Assembly: GCF_003334785.1 (NCBI RefSeq)
Contig: NZ_QOWV01000011.1
Length of the DNA stretch: 64,000 nucleotides
Strand: one strand, 5' to 3'
Source: Escherichia coli
Lineage (GTDB): Bacteria; Pseudomonadota; Gammaproteobacteria; Enterobacterales; Enterobacteriaceae
A program made the position numbers and the translations under genes. This document shows, one piece after another, positions 45,037 through 54,113 of this stretch. Positions within the stretch are counted from its first letter, which is position 1; each line of letters starts with the position of its first letter. Under the pieces are notes generated by a model. It was not told the DNA's origin, searched no databases, and saw only the letters and a program-made list of their open reading frames with translations.

Positions 45037-47142
45037 ATGTTACGAAAAAGCAAACTTACAGAGATATATAAAAGGTTTGGTTTTACTGAAGAAAATACAG
45101 GTAACGAAAGTATTGCTGTATATTCTATTAAAACAGGGCACTACCATAACGCGGACATACTTCCACTAAATAATGAGGTTAATGTAAATCAAACCTTTGA
45201 AGAATATAGGCAGTTAGGTTATGCATGTCAAATTAAAAAATATCAGTCTTATGAAGAAGCACATAAGGAATTATTTAATGGCTTCTTTAGCGTCGATTCA
45301 ACTAAAGAAAGGTTGATTAAAGATTATAATACTTTCACAGATTCAATTGTAAAAATTCACTCACCTACTGCAACTTATTCCTACATAAATTCAAAATATT
45401 ACTTAAATGGTGTTATTGGCGAAGCTAATGTTGTTACGGAAATATTAGAGAGAATACAACATAGGCGTCCAATTCTGTTTTTGATTGAGGCTGCAGCCGG
45501 TTTTGGAAAGACTTGCACGGCGTATGAATTATTGAGGGAGATTATAGTTAACAATATAGGGAAAATACCATTATTTTCAGAACTATCAAGGAATAGGCAA
45601 GCAAAAATATTCAGGTATGTACTATTAGATGAAATTGATAGAAGTTTTCCTTTGTTAAGCTCAGCCTTAGTAAGGAATGAAATAAGAGCAGGAAATGTAC
45701 CAGTTATACTTGACGGGTTTGATGAACTATTGCATGAAAGTACAAACGGAATTGAAAATAATTATGAAAAAACAGAGCCAATGCTGGAAACAATAAGTGA
45801 GCTTCTAACTGATAGTGCAAAAGTGGTTTTGACAACTCGAAGAACAGCTATATTTGACGGAGATGAATTCCATCAGTGGATAGCATCACATCAAGAAGAT
45901 TTTGATGTGATAAGAATAAGAATTCATGAACCACAAATTGAAGACTGGCTTCCAGGTCAACGTTTAGATGAAATTTCATCGACAGGATTTCCTCTTAACA
46001 AATTATCAAACCCTGTACTGCTATCATTTCTAAGATGCATCGACGACACCGACTTTAATAAAGTTATAAGCGACCCAACAACTATAGTGAGGAAGTATTT
46101 TGATTCAATGCTTGAGCGAGAAAGAAAAAGACAAGATTTATTAATGTCTATTGAAGATCAATATACTATACTAAAAATAATAGCTGACGACATGGTCGAG
46201 GGTAACTACACATCTGAGTCTAGAGAGTATATATCGTTAGTCATAACTGAAAAGAATCAACAACTCTTGGAGGCTACAAGAAAGCTTTATACTGTAGATG
46301 AAAGACCAACTACTGACGAATTAGTTAATAAATTAGCATCGCATGCTCTATTAGATCGGTCAGGCTCAGAAAACCAAGGTATTGGATTTGTTAATGAATT
46401 TGTTCTTGGTAATTTTGTTTCTGAAAATATTATTAATGATAAGTCAAATGAATGGATTGGTGATAAACGTTTTATAGAACCAGCAGTGCAATCTTATATG
46501 CCGAGGATCGATGATGAAAAAGAATTACTTTGGCATAGCTTAGAGTTTGCTTTATATTTTATGTCAGGTAATGATAAAATCCTTTATAGTCATTTGCTTA
46601 TAGGAAAAGTTCCATTAGATTTAAAAAATGATAGTGTTGAGCAATTGTCTATATCAAAACTTTCTTTAGGCGATATAAATATAATACATGATACTATCTT
46701 TGTTGATTGTTCGTTTTTTAGCAGCATATTTACCTGTGGTAATTATAAAAACGTTACATTCGTGAACTGTTCTTTTATAGATTGTAGTTTTAACGAATTA
46801 AGTGGTAGGGAAGATATTTATTTTTTGGGATGTGAATGTGACAATGATGCTATTAATAAAAAATCTGTCGAGATAAACAGTGAAAATGATCACGATATTA
46901 CAGATTGTGATATTTACATCTTAGAGAAGTTCTGTCCCAGAGGGAGTGTTAGCTATCATAAGCATCGGCCTATAAAAGGCTTATGTTCTAACAACAATCA
47001 ATTTCAGTTAAGTGAAATACTCCATTCTTTAGATAAATTGAGGAAAGACGGTCTTTTACTTACGCCAGACAAGCGTTCGTTCCTTGAACTTAACATGGCA
47101 AGAATATCAGAGATTAAAGCAATTCTTGGGAGGAATTTCTGA
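45037..47142 (+). CDS. STAND/NACHT-type P-loop NTPase with C-terminal pentapeptide-like repeats (candidate sensor)
   Basis: ORF track 45028..47142; start at ATG 45037 with AGGAGG RBS 45024-45029. Walker A AAAGFGKT, Walker B hhhhDGFDE (VPVILDGFDELL), sensor-like VVLTTRRT; C-terminal FVDCSF...FVNCSF...FIDCSF five-residue periodicity. Confidence 0.8.
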   Translation: MLRKSKLTEIYKRFGFTEENTGNESIAVYSIKTGHYHNADILPLNNEVNVNQTFEEYRQLGYACQIKKYQSYEEAHKELFNGFFSVDSTKERLIKDYNTFTDSIVKIHSPTATYSYINSKYYLNGVIGEANVVTEILERIQHRRPILFLIEAAAGFGKTCTAYELLREIIVNNIGKIPLFSELSRNRQAKIFRYVLLDEIDRSFPLLSSALVRNEIRAGNVPVILDGFDELLHESTNGIENNYEKTEPMLETISELLTDSAKVVLTTRRTAIFDGDEFHQWIASHQEDFDVIRIRIHEPQIEDWLPGQRLDEISSTGFPLNKLSNPVLLSFLRCIDDTDFNKVISDPTTIVRKYFDSMLERERKRQDLLMSIEDQYTILKIIADDMVEGNYTSESREYISLVITEKNQQLLEATRKLYTVDERPTTDELVNKLASHALLDRSGSENQGIGFVNEFVLGNFVSENIINDKSNEWIGDKRFIEPAVQSYMPRIDDEKELLWHSLEFALYFMSGNDKILYSHLLIGKVPLDLKNDSVEQLSISKLSLGDINIIHDTIFVDCSFFSSIFTCGNYKNVTFVNCSFIDCSFNELSGREDIYFLGCECDNDAINKKSVEINSENDHDITDCDIYILEKFCPRGSVSYHKHRPIKGLCSNNNQFQLSEILHSLDKLRKDGLLLTPDKRSFLELNMARISEIKAILGRNF

Positions 47143-48047
47143 TGTATAACGGGAATGAATTGCGAATTATTCAAAGTTTGCAAAAAGATATAGAAGATGA
47201 ACTTAATCGTATTGGATTACTTTATCGTTTTTTTTCGAGGACAAAATCAGAAAGCTCAATAATTAAGAAATATGAAAAAGAGCCTAATAAATACTCAGAG
47301 GATGGTAAAAAAATTCAAGACTTATTTGGGGTTAGGATAATATTATATTTTCCTGATGATTTATTTATTGCTCAAAAAACACTGGAGAAATTATTCGAAA
47401 TTGAATCTAAAACCGTAGACGAAACCACGGCTAATCTCTTTGCGGCAACTCGATGCAATTACGTCTTTAAGTTACCAGAAGTATTATCAAATGATAGTGT
47501 CTTATTAAAGAAATATTCTTATATTGATACTACTTTTGAAGTCCAATTTAGAACTATTTTATCTGAAGGATGGCATGAAGTTGAGCATGATCTACGCTAT
47601 AAGTGCAAAGAGGATTGGGTTGAGCATAATGACCTTAGTCGCGCGCTGAATGGAATTTACGCCTCTTTGGAAACATCTGATTGGGGAATAATGAAGTTAT
47701 TTGAGGATTTAGCATATAGAAATTATAAGTCAAGCGCATGGTCCGCTATGCTAAGAAATAAATTAAGATTGAGAATGGACGATAAGCTTGATGAAAAGAT
47801 AATTTCAATAATTAATGAGAAAGAGCTTGGTAAAAAGTTTTATAGAATTGACAGAGATCGTTTGTTATCGTTAATGTTAGATTATAATATTGATATACCA
47901 ATTAATCTTAATAATATAATTTACCTTTGTAATTATTTTTTCATAAAATCTACGGAGCTTCAGGATATAGCCCCTGCTTTAATAATGAAAAAGCTTACAG
48001 ATGCTGATGAAAAATTCAATAAAAATACTATTTTAGCATCTAAATAA
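47142..48047 (+). CDS. RelA/SpoT-homologue (small alarmone synthetase / toxSAS-like) nucleotide pyrophosphokinase (candidate effector)
   Basis: 301-aa ORF; start ATG overlaps the upstream TGA (tgATGa); GGGAGG RBS. Synthetase motifs: RTKSESSIIKKYEK (Syn1-like), DLFGVRIIL (DxxGxR), EVQFRTILSEGWHEVEHDLRYK (ExQxRT...W.E..H...YK). Confidence 0.8.
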   Translation: MYNGNELRIIQSLQKDIEDELNRIGLLYRFFSRTKSESSIIKKYEKEPNKYSEDGKKIQDLFGVRIILYFPDDLFIAQKTLEKLFEIESKTVDETTANLFAATRCNYVFKLPEVLSNDSVLLKKYSYIDTTFEVQFRTILSEGWHEVEHDLRYKCKEDWVEHNDLSRALNGIYASLETSDWGIMKLFEDLAYRNYKSSAWSAMLRNKLRLRMDDKLDEKIISIINEKELGKKFYRIDRDRLLSLMLDYNIDIPINLNNIIYLCNYFFIKSTELQDIAPALIMKKLTDADEKFNKNTILASK

Positions 48048-48075
48048 TAACTATCTCCGGCTATTAAGTAGGCCT

Positions 48076-48103
48076 TGTATTTTAGGCCTACTTAAAAAGT
48101 TTC
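48076..48103 (+). terminator. Hairpin immediately after the RelA/SpoT-like gene (possible terminator)
   Basis: aagtaggcc ttgtatttta ggcctactt (9-bp stem) followed by aaaaagttt; U-tract weak. Confidence 0.4.
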
Positions 48104-49099
48104 ATTATGTGAAGTGATGATGATAGCAAATCTGCTATCTTTATGGTTGGATGCGAGAAAATATTTTTATCCCGACACAACAACTGGTAATGATAGAAAA
48201 TTTAAACCCAAAAATGCTACAGTAGCCTCAGCTCACAAACGGAGTATAAAGTGGCGGTTACTCTTTAGTGGGAATACTGTAGATAGTTGATAAACTGGGC
48301 TGGATTTTCTTTTCTAACCGAAGGGAAGAAAAGCAAGGGGAACCCAAAGAAACAAGCGCAGCGGCTTCGTAGGGTTAGCCCTTGCTTCTTTTATAATTGG
48401 CATTATTCATTCAAGAACAATAGGATCTTCGCTTGTACAAGCGAAGCTATAATAAAAAATCAATTAATTATTTTAAAAGTATTAAGCAAGAGCCTATTGA
48501 CATTCGTAAAATAAAAGTTATTTTTAATGTATGCCATAAATAAAAAGTTTTATGTCATATGTATCCTGCACTATGTGCAGTTAATGTGCCACTTGTCCCA
48601 TATATGGGAATATTGGAAAGGTTACTTTGTTTTGAAGTAGCCTTTCGTCCTTCAATATTCACGATTACTTATTGCTATTACCAAGTCCAGTCGAATCGAA
48701 GAACATCTTTTATCTGAAACGACTCCTAATACCAGGTTGAAGCCACAATATCTCTCGCATAAGTAGACCAAAGAAAAATTATGATATTAACTATGTGATT
48801 TTTTTTAGTGTTAAGTTGAATAATTATATACTGGAGAGTTTTCTGTACACTACCAATTGCTGGTTCATCTGTTCTGCCGCTGATGTTTCTGACTAATCTC
48901 CCGGTGACACAGAACTGTCCCTCTCTACCAGCCTTTATTCGACTCAATGTCCGGCTGCTGATACGCAGTTATCCCTTCGTATCAATGACTGACTCTTAAA
49001 CGCAATGCTTTGGTTGCTGGCGTATCTGACAGCTTCTTCGGCGTGAAGGTCGTTGTGTAAGTATACTTCTTGGTTTATTTAGGCTATATAAAACCATGA

Positions 49100-49996
49100 C
49101 TATGACTGGCTGTTTTCAGTAAGAGTCTTATCATCCAAAGAATTTATTCTAGAAATTCTTTTTAACTCATTAAGATAATCAACCTCGTTTTCTAAGAACC
49201 AATGAAGAACTTTAGAGTTGCCAAGTAATTTATTAATATATGACTGGATTATAACGAATTTCAACATATCTGAACCATACTCGGTTTGAAGTTTTTTCGT
49301 TTCTTCCGAAGTTGTTGCCATTTCTTGTTCCAGACGAAGTATGGTTTTTTTTATGTCCTTTTTATAGGGAGTGTTTTTCCCTTTATTTACTATCATCGAT
49401 GACGGTGTTGCATCCAAGATGCTCATTGCAAATTTTTTACTATAATTATCAAAATTAATCATTGTACCGACTGCTTCAATTTGACGAATTGGCTTCATTT
49501 TCCTCAAAACGTCAAATGTAGCCTTAGGTATAGGTTTATCAGAAAGTTTCGCAATTACACTTGGATCTATGCCGTTCATCACATTAGCTTTATCTTTTAT
49601 GGCATCAACAGATATGCCCAAAGCAGCACTAAGTTTTTCAATTGATACTTTTGCCAGAGACTTAATTATCATTCTATGTTCTTCAACTACATTTATATGA
49701 TTCACTTGTTTGTTAGGAGTGAAAGCATCATCTATGCTCGAAAGTATACATGGAGCTTTTTCTATATCTAAGTCTTTTAAAGCCTCAACCCTTAAATGGC
49801 CATCAAGTATCTTAGTGACATCTTTATCTTTGTCATAGAATACTATTATTGGTTCAATAATACCCAAGCTTTCGATAGAGGTAACTATTTGATGATATTT
49901 ATGGCTTCGCTTTACGTTTTCTAATAATTCCTTAGATGGAATTAACTTATTAGTTTCCAGGTAAATAAAATTTTTGCCAAAACGTATCTGAATCAT
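49100..49996 (-). CDS. ParB/Srx-domain protein 2 (ParB-like DNA-binding/nuclease fold)
   Basis: 298-aa ORF with ILDGHLRVEAL motif (ParB-box-like DGxxR) and HTH-like LSAALGISVDAIK; start overlaps stop of upstream paralogue (ATGA). Confidence 0.65.
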   Translation of the reverse strand: MIQIRFGKNFIYLETNKLIPSKELLENVKRSHKYHQIVTSIESLGIIEPIIVFYDKDKDVTKILDGHLRVEALKDLDIEKAPCILSSIDDAFTPNKQVNHINVVEEHRMIIKSLAKVSIEKLSAALGISVDAIKDKANVMNGIDPSVIAKLSDKPIPKATFDVLRKMKPIRQIEAVGTMINFDNYSKKFAMSILDATPSSMIVNKGKNTPYKKDIKKTILRLEQEMATTSEETKKLQTEYGSDMLKFVIIQSYINKLLGNSKVLHWFLENEVDYLNELKRISRINSLDDKTLTENSQS

Positions 49997-50889
49997 TTTG
50001 ATACCTCTTTGTTTACTGGGTTTAATATCTGAGATGGTAGTTCTGAAAGATTCTCTTGTTCAAGTATATTTTGAAAGCTTTTATTCATCATTATGATGTT
50101 AAAAATCTCATTTATTATTAGTAGATTGGTTTTTATAAATTTCGAGTTGTTATAAACAGATTTATGTTCAGCGATACTATTTTCATAAAGCTCAATCAAC
50201 TCCTCTGCAGTCATCCTTTTTGATGGTTTGTGATAATAAAATCCGGCTGCTTTTGCACCTTTATTCCCAACTGTTCTTTGATTTAGAATGTATTTTATCT
50301 TTATAATGTCCCGACTTTTTATTAATTTTTTATCATATGCTTCGGTAAGAATATCTTGTGCTTCCTCAGTTTCACATCTTGCAAATTGCACTGCGAGATA
50401 CAGAGGCAAATTACCCCGTTCGACTGCTGAGAGAAGTTTATGCTCTCCCTTATCAAGAAGCATATTAATACTGCTCACCCAGTTCGATGAATATCCAGTA
50501 ATCTCACTTATTTCGGAGTCTGAAAGTCCTCTGATTTTCATGTCTTTAATCACCTGTAATAACTCATTAGAACGTGGTCTTCTCCTTGCAATGTTTTCAA
50601 CTAAACTCATAACGTAAGCATCTTCTTCTGATACATCTCTTATAATTGCTGGAATAATAGTTTCACCTAATGCAACAAGAGCCTCTATTCTCCCTTGACC
50701 ACAAATTAAAGCATATTTGAAATCGTCTTCATCAATAGCTCTTACGCTTATAGGCTTGCTTAATCCTCTTTTTTTTATGCTTTCCTTTATTTCTTCATGC
50801 ACTACCTTATTTCTTGTTCGTGGGTTAAGAAATTTTATTTTTGCAATCTCAATTTGAATTATTGGGAATTCATTTTTTTCAGGCAGCAT
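49993..50889 (-). CDS. ParB/Srx-domain protein 1
   Basis: 298-aa ORF with LICGQGRIEAL motif and ...LVENIARRRP...; overlaps serine recombinase stop by 11 nt. Confidence 0.65.
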   Translation of the reverse strand: MLPEKNEFPIIQIEIAKIKFLNPRTRNKVVHEEIKESIKKRGLSKPISVRAIDEDDFKYALICGQGRIEALVALGETIIPAIIRDVSEEDAYVMSLVENIARRRPRSNELLQVIKDMKIRGLSDSEISEITGYSSNWVSSINMLLDKGEHKLLSAVERGNLPLYLAVQFARCETEEAQDILTEAYDKKLIKSRDIIKIKYILNQRTVGNKGAKAAGFYYHKPSKRMTAEELIELYENSIAEHKSVYNNSKFIKTNLLIINEIFNIIMMNKSFQNILEQENLSELPSQILNPVNKEVSK

Positions 50890-52435
50890 ATAGTTCCCTC
50901 ACTTTCATGCGAGTAATAATTTGTAGAAATTTATCAAGATTATCAAATCTATAGAGATCTAACCGAATGTTGTTTGTTTCCATCATACACATTTTACTAT
51001 ATTCGTTTTCAATCTTTGGTATGATATAAAAATCAAGAGGTGAAATATTTTGTGAATTCATTCGTATAACAATTGTTATGTCTGCTTTCTGTGAGTTATC
51101 AAACCGGACTTTCCATCTAAGTTTACCTGATTTCATATGTATGCATTTAGTAACAAGGACGGAAATTAAAAACTCATCATTGATGTAAAGCATTGGGTAA
51201 TATTTATACTCGTCTATATGACAGTTACTTTTTAATATTTCGCCCTTAAAATCCTCAATTATCTCTGAGTAAAATGATCTTAGTGCTTCATTTATTTGGA
51301 GATAGCTGTAATCATGTTCTGGCTTATAACCAATCAAAGTATATGCTCTTAAAAGACCACCAAATCGGGTTCTATAAACAGAAGATGAAGGGCCTGTATC
51401 ATCTTCATCAATGATAAAGCCTGATAGTTTTCCATTAGATTCTAATTTTTCTTTTAGCTTTTCTAATAGATCTTCATTAGTCAAATGAATGGATCGGAGC
51501 TGAATTATTTCTTGAGCTTTATTATATTTTTTCTTTGAAATAATTGGTTTATATGCCTTGTCACATCTAATCCATTCATGTTTGGGGTTTTTTACAAGCT
51601 TACTTTTTAGTTTAGATGAGGTTTTGTTATATATGTTGTTTCCAATATATTTTTCATTTGTCAAAATTTGATGTATTTTTGCACGAGTCCATGATGTTCC
51701 ATTTTCTGCAGGTATGCTCTGTTCATTTAATCTCTCAGCAATAATGAATTCTGGGACGTTACTATCTATAAAGAGATCATAGATTCTATTTACAATTTTT
51801 ATTTCATTTTTTGGTCCCGGAATTAATATTACCCTATCTGTTTGAATACTCTTTCTTTTGCGGAAATTCAATATTTCTTTAGCTATGCCATTTTCGTCTA
51901 CTAAAAGACGTCTCAGCCCATAACCAGCCATACCGCCTTGATGATAACCAAGCTTTATTAAATTTACTTGCCCTATAAATACCTTTTCAGATAGATTCCT
52001 GCTGTGATATGCAGCACTTGATCTTTTTATATTCAGTATAACAGAGGACTCTAAAGGGAAATCTTTAGTGGGTATAGGTTCGGAACAATATATAAGATCT
52101 ACACCATTTCTTTCAAATAGAAAGGAATAATATGCAGCTTCATCACTATTTTGAAAACGACCAAAACGGCTCACATCATAAAATAATACAGCCTGTATAT
52201 CTATTTTCTTTTGTTCTACATCGCTAAGTAACTGCTGCAAAGAATGCCTGCCTACGATACTGACTCCGCTCTTACCTGCATCATCGTAGGTATAAGCGAT
52301 TTCCATATTGTTCTTTTCAGCATAATCTTTGATATATTCAGACTGATTATGTAAAGAATATTGCTGATGGTCGGTAGACATCCTCAAGTACTGTGCGACC
52401 CTAACTCTATGATTTTTTTCATTTCCGCTAGCCAT
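50879..52435 (-). CDS. Large serine recombinase (resolvase/invertase catalytic domain plus recombinase domain)
   Basis: ORF track 50879..52441 (TTG); ATG at 52433-52435 with GAGG RBS. N-terminal YLRMSTDHQ catalytic-serine motif, ~518 aa. Confidence 0.8.
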   Translation of the reverse strand: MASGNEKNHRVRVAQYLRMSTDHQQYSLHNQSEYIKDYAEKNNMEIAYTYDDAGKSGVSIVGRHSLQQLLSDVEQKKIDIQAVLFYDVSRFGRFQNSDEAAYYSFLFERNGVDLIYCSEPIPTKDFPLESSVILNIKRSSAAYHSRNLSEKVFIGQVNLIKLGYHQGGMAGYGLRRLLVDENGIAKEILNFRKRKSIQTDRVILIPGPKNEIKIVNRIYDLFIDSNVPEFIIAERLNEQSIPAENGTSWTRAKIHQILTNEKYIGNNIYNKTSSKLKSKLVKNPKHEWIRCDKAYKPIISKKKYNKAQEIIQLRSIHLTNEDLLEKLKEKLESNGKLSGFIIDEDDTGPSSSVYRTRFGGLLRAYTLIGYKPEHDYSYLQINEALRSFYSEIIEDFKGEILKSNCHIDEYKYYPMLYINDEFLISVLVTKCIHMKSGKLRWKVRFDNSQKADITIVIRMNSQNISPLDFYIIPKIENEYSKMCMMETNNIRLDLYRFDNLDKFLQIITRMKVRELYAA

Positions 52436-52717
52436 GCACAAAACCTCATGGATGATTCAATACAATGTAGAGGATAAAATTGATCAAATTTTAACCGAAT
52501 TCAACTGTTTTATCATTGATTAGAGCGAATTTGGTAGTTCTTCGAGGTGTATGATAATCGAGAAGAGATGTGAATTATTTAGCTGATATGACCGACAGCT
52601 TTCGTTATGTGGCCTCAAGGTACCCATTTGTAAATGGCTATGCTTAGTCCACATAGGTTAATGGTGTGATCATTAATTCTTCAAATAAATCAAGATAGTT
52701 AACCCATCATGGAAGAG

Positions 52718-53947
52718 TTATGCGGCAATAACTTTGTATTTTTGAGACGAAACATAGTCACTCCACCATTGCATGAGAACCACACGTTCTGTGAGATACT
52801 CTGCACGATTGTAGGCTGCAATTATTTCATCTTTTTTCGAGTGGGCAAGGGCGGCTTCTAAGACATCAGTTCTAAACTTGCCACACTCCTCAGCCGCCGT
52901 TCTAGCGATTGATCGCATACCATGAGCTACAAGCTCACCTCCGAAGCCCATACGGATTATAGCCGCATTAGCTGTTTGTTCATGCATGTGATTGAGTGGA
53001 GCTTTGATACTGGGAAAAACCCACTCTCTATGCCCGCTGATGGCTTTCATTGAATCCAAGACTCGCAAAGATTCTTTGCTCAGTGGAACTTTGTGAGGCT
53101 TCTTCATTTTCATAAACTCCGCCGGGATGTTCCACATGCTGGTTTCTATATCAATATCTGACCATCTTGTGCGAACAGCTTCACCAGGGCGAACCCATGT
53201 GAGAAGTTGCCACTCAATCAGTAGCCTTGTTTCTAAACGGATAGAAGCATTGTTTAGAGCAACCAGGAAGCGGGGGAGTTCGGAAGGGGGTAATGCTGGC
53301 ATATTCTGTTTTTTTGGCTTGCTGAACCGTTGCCCCAGGTTGTCAGCCGGATTGAATTCTATGAGTTCTTCTGTTGCTGCATAGCGGAAAATTTCATTCA
53401 GGCGGGATATGACGCGGCGAAGTGTTTCAAGGACACCTCGTTTTTCTATGGGGTCTAAATGCTGTTTAAGCATTTTAGGGCGAATCTCCTTAATGGGGGT
53501 ATCACCCAACGTTGGAAAGATATTTCTCTCTAGGCTTCGCCAGATGTCGTTAGCATGATCCTGGGAGATGCCTGACGTTTTGACTTTCTCATCAAGCCAC
53601 TTCTTGGCTACTGCTTGAAATGTATGTTCCGTTGCATCCTTAAGGGCATTGGCTTTGTGGGTGTTATGAACTTGTGGGTCTATACCATTTGCAAGCAACG
53701 ACAAGTACTCATCACGTAAAGCTCGTGCCTTCGCAAGTGTAAGGTGAGGATAGGTTCCTAAGCTCACCTTAGTTCGCTTTTTGGTCACAGGCACTGCATA
53801 TCTGAAATACCAATTTTTCTTTCCTCCCTTCGCTAAGGGGGCGATTCGCAGGAGCAAACCATCGCCGTCAAAAAGGTTAACCTCTTTCTCGGCAGGTTTG
53901 GTGCTTTTGATTTCAGTGTCAGTGAGCTTCTTAGCGATTTTTGCCAT
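52718..53947 (-). CDS. P4-type tyrosine integrase (phage integrase family)
   Basis: ORF track 52718..54091 runs into the ssrA terminator; start placed at MAKIAKKLTDTEIK (ATG 53945-53947, 409 aa). C-terminal catalytic HxxR (VAHGMRS) and Tyr (AAYNRAEY); adjacent to ssrA. Confidence 0.85.
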   Translation of the reverse strand: MAKIAKKLTDTEIKSTKPAEKEVNLFDGDGLLLRIAPLAKGGKKNWYFRYAVPVTKKRTKVSLGTYPHLTLAKARALRDEYLSLLANGIDPQVHNTHKANALKDATEHTFQAVAKKWLDEKVKTSGISQDHANDIWRSLERNIFPTLGDTPIKEIRPKMLKQHLDPIEKRGVLETLRRVISRLNEIFRYAATEELIEFNPADNLGQRFSKPKKQNMPALPPSELPRFLVALNNASIRLETRLLIEWQLLTWVRPGEAVRTRWSDIDIETSMWNIPAEFMKMKKPHKVPLSKESLRVLDSMKAISGHREWVFPSIKAPLNHMHEQTANAAIIRMGFGGELVAHGMRSIARTAAEECGKFRTDVLEAALAHSKKDEIIAAYNRAEYLTERVVLMQWWSDYVSSQKYKVIAA

Positions 53948-53990
53948 GTTTGGGACCCTCATGTTTTGGACCCTTTGTGTTGGGTCCCAA
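53945..53990. promoter_or_regulatory. Repeat array in integrase 5' region: CATGTTTGGGACCCT, CATGTTTTGGACCCT and inverted TGGGTCCCA
   Basis: ccatgtttgggaccctcatgttttggaccctttgtgttgggtcccaaaaag between ssrA and the integrase start. Confidence 0.55.
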
Positions 53991-54044
53991 AAAGGGTGCC
54001 ATAACGAGTAGATTCTAGCAATTCTCGGTAGACTACTATAGACG

Positions 54045-54079
54045 TAAAAAAGCCCGCAAGGCTGGTTCCATGCGGGCTT
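54045..54079 (-). terminator. ssrA rho-independent terminator
   Basis: Hairpin aagcccgca / tgcgggctt with 12-nt loop, followed on the minus strand by T-run (A-run 54045-54051 on plus). Confidence 0.75.
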
Positions 54080-54113
54080 GATAGACTTCACTGAACTTCA
54101 ATATATCAAAAAT

